From Verrucomicrobiales bacterium (GTDB lineage: Bacteria > Verrucomicrobiota > Verrucomicrobiia > Verrucomicrobiales > V1-33), in NCBI GenBank assembly GCA_028293125.1, contig JAQGPJ010000003.1, positions 16,453 through 80,452 of the forward strand: a stretch of DNA of 64,000 bases, in the 5' to 3' direction. Position 1 is the stretch's first letter. Every line of letters begins with the position of its first letter. Positions 31,587 to 40,757 of this stretch are shown in pieces. A program made the translations under genes and the position numbers. The notes under the pieces were generated by a model. The model had not been told where the DNA came from. It did no database searches and saw only the letters and a list, made by a program, of their open reading frames with translations.

Positions 31587-32378
31587 ATGATCCTTCCCTC
31601 CGACGGAGACCCGCCACCCCGGCGCAAAGACAAAGACAACGATGGCAAAGTCCCGCCGCAGGAGCCCCAGAATGAGGAATGGTGGGAGCAGGATGACGCG
31701 GACGATGAGGATCCGGAGGATATCGATGACATGGATGAGGATGACGGGGATGAATCCGGCCCGGATCCTGAGGAGATGCCGCCGGGCCCGGTTTTGAAAT
31801 CCGTGGCCGCTCCCGGCTGGCGGGAGAATCTGGTGCTGGAGTTGGTGGAAAGCGTGGCGGACCTCCATGAAATAGAGGATCCCGATGACGAGTATGATCC
31901 GCCGGAGCCGCCGGATCTTTACACTTTTTTCGGGGAGCTGGCCGCCCTGCGCAATGAACTGCGCCGCATTGGCCGCCGCTCCGACGATTCTGTGGTCAAA
32001 ACAGCCGAGGCGCTGAACTCCGTGCAGGGTCTACTGAGAACTCTGAGTCCGGTTTCCAAAAAAGCCAAAGCGTCAGCGGAGCCATGGCCGGTGGAAACCT
32101 GCCTGGCGTTGGTGTCGCTGCATGACCTTCTGATGCGCATCAGCCCGGACAGCGCCGCGGTGGCCGCCGCCGCCGCCTCCCTGGATCCGCTGCTGAAGGC
32201 GGCGGGAATGGAGCGCATCGTCACGGAGGGCCGCTCCTTCGACCCCGCCACCATGACTATCGCCGGCGCGGAGGCTGGCGGCCGCGGATCCGGGAAATCC
32301 GTCATCCGTGAAGCAGAGGCCGGGTTTCTGCGCGCCGGCGCGCTGCTGCGGCCCGCGCGGGTGATGGTCAGTGGCTGA
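31587..32378 (+). CDS. GrpE-like nucleotide-exchange-factor domain protein with a highly acidic N-terminus
   Basis: The C-terminal part (LDPLLKAAGMERIVTEGRSFDPATMTIAG...VIREAEAGFLRAGALLRPARVMV) follows the GrpE beta-domain pattern G..FDP..H.A....V....GY......LRPA.V.V. A coiled-coil-like segment (FFGELAALRNELRRIGRR) precedes it. The N-terminal ~75 aa are Asp/Glu-rich. Recognised by eye only. Confidence 0.5.
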   Translation: MILPSDGDPPPRRKDKDNDGKVPPQEPQNEEWWEQDDADDEDPEDIDDMDEDDGDESGPDPEEMPPGPVLKSVAAPGWRENLVLELVESVADLHEIEDPDDEYDPPEPPDLYTFFGELAALRNELRRIGRRSDDSVVKTAEALNSVQGLLRTLSPVSKKAKASAEPWPVETCLALVSLHDLLMRISPDSAAVAAAAASLDPLLKAAGMERIVTEGRSFDPATMTIAGAEAGGRGSGKSVIREAEAGFLRAGALLRPARVMVSG

Positions 32379-32430
32379 CCCTTGACACCGGCGGACCGGG
32401 GGCGGCGGATTCCCCCGCAGCCCGGTCCTG

Positions 32431-32766
32431 ATGGTTTCTCAATCCCTGCTTTCCCACCTCATGCTCATTCTGTGTCCGTATTGTCGGAAAAAGGTCTCTC
32501 CCGAGGAGACGGATCATTGCCCCCACTGCGGCTGTGAGGTGGCCATGCTGGGGCGCCTTATTCATGCCTCGCGGGATTCCATCAAGCTGGCGCTGGAGGC
32601 CCTGCGCGATGGCCATGACCGTGAGGCCCATGATTTCGCCTATGAAGCCTGGGGCCTGAAACATTCACGGGAGGCCGCCGCCGTGGGGCTCCTGGCCGCC
32701 GTCAGCATCAGGGATCCCATCGAAATCCCCCGCTGGATACGCCGCCGCCGGGCCTGCGAAGTGTGA
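32431..32766 (+). CDS. small zinc-ribbon protein (hypothetical)
   Basis: CPYC-x13-CPHC motif (CPYCRKKVSPEETDHCPHCGCEV) followed by a helical tail. It is co-directional with and 52 nt after the GrpE-like gene. The start could instead be 32461. Confidence 0.4.
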   Translation: MVSQSLLSHLMLILCPYCRKKVSPEETDHCPHCGCEVAMLGRLIHASRDSIKLALEALRDGHDREAHDFAYEAWGLKHSREAAAVGLLAAVSIRDPIEIPRWIRRRRACEV

Positions 32767-32867
32767 AGGGGGATATAGATGGAGGCGCCGTGCGGGGCGG
32801 GGCGGGGAAAACCACGGTGGAGCGGCGGAACCGGGCAGGGTATGCCGCCGGTGGTATACCTGTCAGC

Positions 32868-34532
32868 TCAGGGCGCGACCCAGCCTTGGTTGATCATCTT
32901 TTCGATCATCACCTGATTGTATTTTTTGCCTTCGGGCGTGAAGCGCAGACGCAGCAGGCAGTTGGCCATGGGCTTGCCTTTCTCATCCACCTTCCGGGCC
33001 TGCCGGGCGCGGCGCTGCATCACGAGGATTTGGGAGCCGACCTCGGAGTTTTTGTCGCAGTAGCCATAACAGAACTCATACTGGGATTTTTTGGGGCTCC
33101 GGAGCTTGAAGCACAGCATGTCAAATTCCCGTCCCGCGAAGGCTCCGCTGTAATAATCGTCCTGCACGGCGCTGACCCGGAACTCAATGGCGTCATCGGG
33201 CGGATGGCTGAGAAAGTCCGCCCACGGAATATCAGACCAGTTTACGAAGGATTCCCAATCGACTTTGGGAGGCCCGCCCGGAAAAAGCTCCAGGGACACG
33301 CTGCGGATATCGAAGTCATCCAGCTCCATAGCGTTGCTGATGAAGTTTTTCCCGTCAACGCTCACCTCGCCCCAGGAGGCGGATTCATTGCGGATGCCGA
33401 GAGGAGTGATTTTCCGGTTGGCAAAATAACGCTCCATGCGGGGCCTCGTGATCTCCGGGTGCCGGACCTCAGCCAGCATCTGGTCAATGGAGCCGGCGGC
33501 CAGAAAGCGTTTCAGGACCACCCGGGCGTCCTGCACATTTTTCATCGGATCCTCGGTCGTTTCCGTGGTGGTGGTGTCCTTGACCGGGGGCTCGAAAGCA
33601 TGGCGCATAACATACACGCCCACGCCGCCGGCGATCAGCAGCATGACGGCCAGCGCCAAGGTGACCACCCGGCGGGTTCGCGCGGTCTCTTCGGGAGTGG
33701 TTTTGCTGCCCCATTCCGTATCCTCGATATCATTGTCCCTGAGTTCCTGGGGAACAAACTGCGGGGTGCGCACATCATTGAGGCGGAATCCCCCGCGCGG
33801 CAGGGAATCCCCGTCCGTGGCTTCGTCACCGGAGGACGGTTCCGGGGGTGCAGCGGGGGCGGCGGGCAGAATAGGAGCCGGGACAATGGGTGCCGGGGCT
33901 TGGGGGAGGGTGCGGGCTCCCCCCACCAGCGGGCTGGGGCTGAGCTCCACCTGCTGATGGATTTTGGGGGAGATGGGAGTGAAGGCCGAAGGGGCGGGAG
34001 GCGGAGCGGAAGGTGGGACAGGGGTTTCCGGCGTGGATTCGCCGAAACGTTTGGAGCCCAGTTCCGCCGGCTGCTGCGGGGTGGAGGGCTGCTGATCACG
34101 CTTTTCCTGGGTGAAGGCCGCGCCTGTGGTGGCCACGGCATCAGTCATGCGTTTGCCGGGCAGAACGGTTCTGCCCCTTTCTGCGGCCAGTTTTGCCGCT
34201 TCCTCGGAAGCAAGGGACGTGGCTCCGCCGGCAGCGGTCATCCGCCGCATTTCCTCCTCCGAGGATCTCGGCCTGCCGGAGGGGAGGGAGGATCCGCCGG
34301 GCTTTTTAGGATACTCCGCCGTTTCGGACGGAGTGCCCGGAGGCGCTGCGGAGGCACTGGCCGGTGTGGTGTCCCCCCGCTTGAGAAGAGTTGGCCCGGA
34401 GGCGGAGTCCACTTCCCGTGGGAGCCTCAAATGGCTGGCACAGCCCGGACAAAGCACTTCCAAACCGGCATTTTCCTGATCAAGAATCAGGGGTGTGGCA
34501 CAAACAGGGCAGGGCAGACTGGAGGAGGTCAT
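32868..34532 (-). CDS. membrane-anchored protein with an N-terminal zinc ribbon, a disordered Pro-rich region, one TM and a C-terminal globular domain (hypothetical)
   Basis: The start is placed at ATG 34532 (MTSSSLPCPVCATPL...LCPGCASHLRLP). It has about 300 aa of Pro/Ser/Ala-rich low complexity, then a TM (VVTLALAVMLLIAGGVGVYVM), then about 220 aa with normal composition. The opposite-strand 646-aa ORF looks like a shadow ORF. Confidence 0.6.
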   Translation of the reverse strand: MTSSSLPCPVCATPLILDQENAGLEVLCPGCASHLRLPREVDSASGPTLLKRGDTTPASASAAPPGTPSETAEYPKKPGGSSLPSGRPRSSEEEMRRMTAAGGATSLASEEAAKLAAERGRTVLPGKRMTDAVATTGAAFTQEKRDQQPSTPQQPAELGSKRFGESTPETPVPPSAPPPAPSAFTPISPKIHQQVELSPSPLVGGARTLPQAPAPIVPAPILPAAPAAPPEPSSGDEATDGDSLPRGGFRLNDVRTPQFVPQELRDNDIEDTEWGSKTTPEETARTRRVVTLALAVMLLIAGGVGVYVMRHAFEPPVKDTTTTETTEDPMKNVQDARVVLKRFLAAGSIDQMLAEVRHPEITRPRMERYFANRKITPLGIRNESASWGEVSVDGKNFISNAMELDDFDIRSVSLELFPGGPPKVDWESFVNWSDIPWADFLSHPPDDAIEFRVSAVQDDYYSGAFAGREFDMLCFKLRSPKKSQYEFCYGYCDKNSEVGSQILVMQRRARQARKVDEKGKPMANCLLRLRFTPEGKKYNQVMIEKMINQGWVAP

Positions 34533-34841
34533 AAGGCGCGCATGAACAATGAAGGTCCGCCTGAGGGCCCGGCCTTGGATCGGGGGGCGGAAGCATGCGG
34601 AACTCCAACGGATGGAGCCATCCGCCGCGGAACCTTGCTGATAACTTCCGCTTCGTCCAGAAAATTGGTGTGCCGGTATCCGGACAGACAAAACACTGAT
34701 TGAAAAGCAGGCCTGAATGGCTGCGCCGATGCCTTGGCGGCACACTCCTGTTTACAGGAAAAGTCCACAGACGCTGACGGACTAATGAAACCGGGCTGGC
34801 ATATGGAATGTCTGTGCCGCCTCCGCCATCCTGCTTCATGG

Positions 34842-36143
34842 TCAGGGACGGGCATCCCACCAGGCGTTGATTCCGGATGTCAGATCCGCCAGCCGGGAGG
34901 GCTGGGTCTCCGCCAGGTTTTTGAGTTCCCCGGGATCCTGCGCGAGGTCGTAAAGCTCAGGCCTGGCCTCCGGCAGGCGGGGAGAGGGAAGGATCAGCTT
35001 CCAGTCGCCGGCGCGGCACCATCGCCATTTCAGGCTGCGCACGGGTTCGCTCAGATCCACCATGTCGTGATCGAAACAGGCACCAAACAGGGATTGGCGG
35101 GCGGAGAGAGGGGCCGGGTCCAGCAGATCAAGGCCGGGGCATCCCTCCGGCACCGGAGCTCCGCAGGCTTTCAGCAGGGTGGGCATGAGGTCGATGCTGC
35201 TGACCGGAGCCGCCGGCATGGATGGGGCGATTTTCCCCGGCCAGCGCAGCATGATGGGGGTGCGCAGTCCGCCCTCGTAAGGCGACTGCTTGGAACGTGG
35301 AGCGAACTCCGGGGCGTCCGGCTGCTGAATCCAGCCATTGTCGCAGAGGTAAACGACCACCGTGTTGTCTGCCAGTTTCTCCTGGTCCAGAAAGTCCAGC
35401 AACTCCCCGCAGGTCCGGTCAAACCACTCCACCATGGCCAGATAGCGGGCCATATGCGGGCTGGGCACGCGGTCCAGGTATTTGGCCAGGATCTCCGCTG
35501 GCGGATCGTGGGGCAGGTGCGGCATCATGGGCGCATACCAGACTAGAAACGGCTTGGAATCCGCCGTGGTCCGGCGGATGAAATCGAAAACCGGCTCCAA
35601 TCCCTTGCGCCCGATGCTCAGGCCCGCATCGCCATGGCGGCCTCCTTTGGCGGGATCGCCCATGGTCATGCCCTCGGTGAATCCGCCGTCGGCATAACCG
35701 CCCAGCCACCACTTGCCGGTCTGCAGGCTGCGGTGACCGAGGTGCTCCCCCAGCAGTCGGGGCAGAGTGGGGCTCGAGTGGATCAGCTGCCGCATGCGCT
35801 CCCGCCCGGCGGCGAATTCCGGTGTCCGGGTGTAGCCCCCTCCGGTGCGGTCCACGGAGGGATCGTTGCCGGTGATGCCGTGCTGATGCGGATAGCGGCC
35901 GGTGATGAGGGAGGCCAGGCTGGGACAGCAGAGGCTGGAGGGCACATAGCCGTTTTTGAAGCACAGGCTCCGGGCGGCCAGTTTGTCGAGATGGGGGGTG
36001 GCGGCCAAAGGATGTCCCATAAAGCCGTAGTCGCCGAAGCCCTGGTCGTCGGAGATGATCATCACCACATTCGGCGGGGCGGCCATGGCCGGCAAAAGAC
36101 CGGCGGGACCCAGGCCGCAAAGGAGGAGAAACCGCAGCATCAT
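34842..36143 (-). CDS. secreted sulfatase (arylsulfatase A family)
   Basis: The start is placed at ATG 36143 with a signal peptide (MMLRFLLLCGLGPAGLLPAMA). It contains the metal site IISDDQGFGD and an FGly-region CCPSLASLITGRYPHQHG. The length and downstream blocks (FLVWYAPMMPHLPH, VVYLCDNGW) are typical. Confidence 0.9.
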   Translation of the reverse strand: MMLRFLLLCGLGPAGLLPAMAAPPNVVMIISDDQGFGDYGFMGHPLAATPHLDKLAARSLCFKNGYVPSSLCCPSLASLITGRYPHQHGITGNDPSVDRTGGGYTRTPEFAAGRERMRQLIHSSPTLPRLLGEHLGHRSLQTGKWWLGGYADGGFTEGMTMGDPAKGGRHGDAGLSIGRKGLEPVFDFIRRTTADSKPFLVWYAPMMPHLPHDPPAEILAKYLDRVPSPHMARYLAMVEWFDRTCGELLDFLDQEKLADNTVVVYLCDNGWIQQPDAPEFAPRSKQSPYEGGLRTPIMLRWPGKIAPSMPAAPVSSIDLMPTLLKACGAPVPEGCPGLDLLDPAPLSARQSLFGACFDHDMVDLSEPVRSLKWRWCRAGDWKLILPSPRLPEARPELYDLAQDPGELKNLAETQPSRLADLTSGINAWWDARP

Positions 36144-36338
36144 GACTGGCGAAACTGACGGGCCTGCGGTGGACTGGCAAGTTTTTCCGCTGCCCCGCCG
36201 GCCCGGGTATTCGCCTGTATCCGCATATCCGGCGGCAACGTTCCGCGGACCTGGACTATAATGCCGCCGGTCTGCAAAGAGAGCGGAGCCCACTCCGTTT
36301 TTCCTTTGCCTCCGCCGCATCCCGAATCCACCAAAGTT

Positions 36339-37115
36339 ATGATAAACCGACGCTCCGTTCTGTTCCTGATCCCCGCTCTGGCCCTGCTGCTTTGCCCGGC
36401 ACACGCCGCCGACCCCACCGACAGCCGCTGCTACGAGCTGCGCACCTACACCGCCGCCGCCGGCAAGCTGGACGCCCTGCTCAGCCGCTTCCGCAACACC
36501 ACCGTGGGTCTCTTCAAAAAACACGGCATAACCAATATAGGCTACTGGACTCCGGCGGAGAACACCGACCGCAAGCTGATCTACCTGATTTCCTTCCCGA
36601 GCCGCGAGGCGCGGGAGGCCTCATTCAAGGCTTTCGGTGAGGACCCGGAGTGGAAGACCGCCCTCAAGGAGTCGGAAAAGGACGGGAAACTGACCGACAA
36701 GGTGGAAAGCCGCCTGCTCACCGCCACGGACTTCTCCCCCACCGCGCCGGTGGCCCCCGGTGGCCCCGCTCGCGTCTATGAACTCCGCACCTACACCGCC
36801 AGCGCGGGGAATCTGCCCAAACTGCTCAGCCGCTTCCGCGACCACACGGTGGAGCTTTTCGCCAAGCATGGGATGAAAAACTTCGGCTATTGGACTCCGG
36901 CGGCGGGCGATCCTGATTCCGACAACACCCTGATCTACCTGCTGGCGCACGATTCCGAAGCCGCCCAGGCGGCGTCCTTCGCGGCTTTCCGGGCCGATCC
37001 CGTGTGGGTCGAGGCCAAGGCGGCGTCGGAAAAAGCGGCGGGCGGTCCTCTGACGGTGCTGGACGGGGTGAAAACCCTGAACCTGATTCCGACCGATTTT
37101 TCCCCGGCGAAGTAA
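36339..37115 (+). CDS. NIPSNAP-family protein (two tandem NIPSNAP domains) with a signal peptide
   Basis: The start is placed at ATG 36339 (MINRRSVLFLIPALALLLCPAHA). Two repeats of the YELRTYTA..GKL/NLPKLLSRFR..TV.LF.KHG..N.GYWTPA pattern are present. Confidence 0.85.
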   Translation: MINRRSVLFLIPALALLLCPAHAADPTDSRCYELRTYTAAAGKLDALLSRFRNTTVGLFKKHGITNIGYWTPAENTDRKLIYLISFPSREAREASFKAFGEDPEWKTALKESEKDGKLTDKVESRLLTATDFSPTAPVAPGGPARVYELRTYTASAGNLPKLLSRFRDHTVELFAKHGMKNFGYWTPAAGDPDSDNTLIYLLAHDSEAAQAASFAAFRADPVWVEAKAASEKAAGGPLTVLDGVKTLNLIPTDFSPAK

Positions 37116-37304
37116 AAATCCCTTCGCCGGAATTGTCCTCCCCCCCTCCGTTAAGACTCTGTAAAAAGGAGTGCGTACTTTAGAACAGGAAAAGAAAAAA
37201 GGAGGATGCAAAATGGGAGAATCTTTATTTTTATCTTGTCTCGCCAAGCGGGACAGGTATTCTGAGGACGTTCGCTTCCCGCGAACATTGGGGGTTGAAT
37301 AAAA

Positions 37305-37384
37305 AGCGGCCCGGTTGGAAACATCACACGCAGGGAACTTAGGGGGGACTTTGCGGGTGAATCAGCCGGGCCGCTGATTTTTTT
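37305..37384 (+). terminator. long-stem rho-independent terminator closing an AT-rich spacer
   Basis: agcggcccgg (37305-37314) pairs with ccgggccgct (37366-37375). An alternative local hairpin atcagc/gctgat exists. A T7 run follows at 37378-37384. Confidence 0.55.
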
Positions 37385-37499
37385 GAACGGAGAGGCTGGC
37401 ACTGCCGGGAAAAAAATGGCACACTGTGCGCCCTTGCACTCTTCCGGTTCCACCAAGCCTCCGAGATCAGCCAACCGCCGCCAGCCGTTGCTGCTGACA

Positions 37500-38279
37500 A
37501 TGCGCGGTCCGCTGAGCGGCCGGTTCGGGGACGACTTCTTCAGGGCGCTGCCGTTGGGTCCGGGAGTCTATTTTTTCCGCGATGCCGCCGGTGAACTGCT
37601 GTATATCGGCCAGTCCGGCTCCCTGCGGCACCGGGTGGGCAGTTACCGCCATGTGGATCCCGATCGCCATCCGCGCCGGCTGCTGAGGCTGGTGCACCGG
37701 GTGGCCGGCATTGAGTGGCGGGAGTGCGCCACGGCGGCGGAGGCGGTGGCCTTGGAAAGCCAACTGCTGCTGGAGCACCGCCCCCCTTTCAACCGGGCAG
37801 GGGTTTGGCCGCCGTCCGTCTGGTGGCTGCGGGTGGAGGTGGATGAGGCGCAACGGCTGCACTTGGAACTGGCCCCGCTTCCGGATCCGGAGGCCCCTGG
37901 CCAGTGGCACGGGCCGTTGACCAGCCGGCAGCGGCACGCTTTTCCCGCTCTGGCGCGCTGTCTGCACCGTGTCATGCATCCACAGGCCGGACTGTGGGAT
38001 TTTCCTGTGGGCCTGCTTCAGAACTACTCACTGCGCCGTCATTCCTGGCGGCTGCCTGATGCCGGGGCCGCCACCGTGCTGCAGGCCTTTACCGATTTCC
38101 TGAAACAGCCGGCATCCCCTTTTCCGGATTTCCTGCGGGAAACCCTGACCGCCGCCACTCCGGTTTCCTTGGAGGAGTCGTCGCCGGTGCCGGTGGCGGT
38201 GCCGGCAATCAGACACGGCCGGGCGCTGGATGTCTACTGGGAGGAGCAGCTGGAGCAGATCGCGGCTTTAGTGGTGTAA
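37500..38279 (+). CDS. GIY-YIG nuclease-domain protein (UvrC N-terminal-like) with an uncharacterised C-terminal half
   Basis: Contains the GVYFF / LYIGQSGSLRHRVGSY motif pair, the conserved Arg, and a downstream Glu (EAVALESQLLLEHRPPFN). The start is placed at ATG 37500. Confidence 0.7.
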   Translation: MRGPLSGRFGDDFFRALPLGPGVYFFRDAAGELLYIGQSGSLRHRVGSYRHVDPDRHPRRLLRLVHRVAGIEWRECATAAEAVALESQLLLEHRPPFNRAGVWPPSVWWLRVEVDEAQRLHLELAPLPDPEAPGQWHGPLTSRQRHAFPALARCLHRVMHPQAGLWDFPVGLLQNYSLRRHSWRLPDAGAATVLQAFTDFLKQPASPFPDFLRETLTAATPVSLEESSPVPVAVPAIRHGRALDVYWEEQLEQIAALVV

Positions 38280-38331
38280 GGAAAGCCGCCGCCGGGCGGT
38301 ATTCCGGACGCGCCCAGGCACCGACGATTCC

Positions 38332-39111
38332 ATGAAGCCCAAAACTGTTTTTCTCGATGAGATGACCAATCCGGAACTGGAGGAGTTCCTGCGTCATCAC
38401 CACACCGTCCTGATCCCCGTGGGAGCCACGGAGCAGCATGGCCCGCACTCCCCGCTGGGCACGGATGTGTTTTTGCCCCGCGAAATCGCCCGGAGGGTGG
38501 CGGAGCGGCAGGGGAACGCACTGGTGGCTCCGGCGGTGCCCTACGCACTGTCCTATCCGCACCGGGGGTTCGCCGGGGAGTTCAGCCTGAGCATTGAGAC
38601 CTTCATGGCGGTTATCAAGGAAATCGCCCTCTCCTTCGGCAAGGCCGGCTTCAAACGCATCGTGTTCCTCAACGGCCACTACGACAACACCTACGCCTTG
38701 GCTTACGCCTGCGCCCAGGCGGCGGAGCAGCTGCCGGCGGGGGTGAGGGCCTTCCCCTTCAACCACTGGGACGGGCTGACACCGGAGGAGGCGGCGCAGT
38801 TCGGCATGCACGCCGGGCTCGGCGAGGTTTCCATGGTCATGGCCATCAACCCGGACTGGGTGGACGCGGACAAACTCAACGTCGAGCACCCCGCCTTCCC
38901 CGATTCCAAAACCAAATCCGCCGCCCTGCACACCGCTTTCTTCTACTCCAGCCCCGGCAGCGTTTACCGCATCACGAAATCCGGCACATGGGGGGACGCC
39001 ACCGGCTCGACGGCGGAGAAGGGTGAGGAATTTCTGGGCTGGGGCGTGCGCTCCGTGATCGACCTGATGGACGATCTGGAGCGGATGTTCGCGGAGGCGG
39101 AAATCCGTTAG
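38332..39111 (+). CDS. creatininase-family amidohydrolase
   Basis: Contains VLIPVGATEQHGPHSPLGTD, FLNGHYDN and other blocks typical of the creatinine amidohydrolase family, in a protein of 259 aa. Confidence 0.85.
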   Translation: MKPKTVFLDEMTNPELEEFLRHHHTVLIPVGATEQHGPHSPLGTDVFLPREIARRVAERQGNALVAPAVPYALSYPHRGFAGEFSLSIETFMAVIKEIALSFGKAGFKRIVFLNGHYDNTYALAYACAQAAEQLPAGVRAFPFNHWDGLTPEEAAQFGMHAGLGEVSMVMAINPDWVDADKLNVEHPAFPDSKTKSAALHTAFFYSSPGSVYRITKSGTWGDATGSTAEKGEEFLGWGVRSVIDLMDDLERMFAEAEIR

Positions 39112-39187
39112 CCGTGCAGCCTCCATTCATTGCTCCCGCCTTCTTTTGCCGAACGGAACGCCGGGGAGTCCAGGAAGCCGTCCAGGC

Positions 39188-40549
<1,362 letters not shown>

Positions 40550-40757
40550 GGGATTTGGGGAAAGGAAGCGGATTCGCCGAAAGCCCCCATCTCTGGGCAA
40601 GATTTCGACAATCTCAAGCGGGAGCGGCTGGCGGCAACTCCGCCGGCTGGCTGGCGGACAGCGGAAGATGGGAAGCATGGCTGCGTTGCGTGCCCGCCTT
40701 CGCTTCCATGGAAGGAAAACCCTTCCATGCTCTTAACAGTAGGCACCCATCCGACGA

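Noticed and set aside
32763-34703. A 646-aa plus-strand ORF opposite the zinc-ribbon membrane protein
   Set aside because: Its composition (Gly/Arg/His/Ala runs) is shadow-like. The minus-strand product has a zinc ribbon, a clean TM helix and a normally composed C-terminal domain.
37151-37474. A 107-aa minus-strand ORF across the AT-rich spacer upstream of the GIY-YIG gene
   Set aside because: It runs through the terminator hairpin and the poly-T/poly-A tracts, and it has no RBS or recognisable motif. I consider it less likely than the plus-strand sORF/terminator interpretation, though I cannot exclude it.
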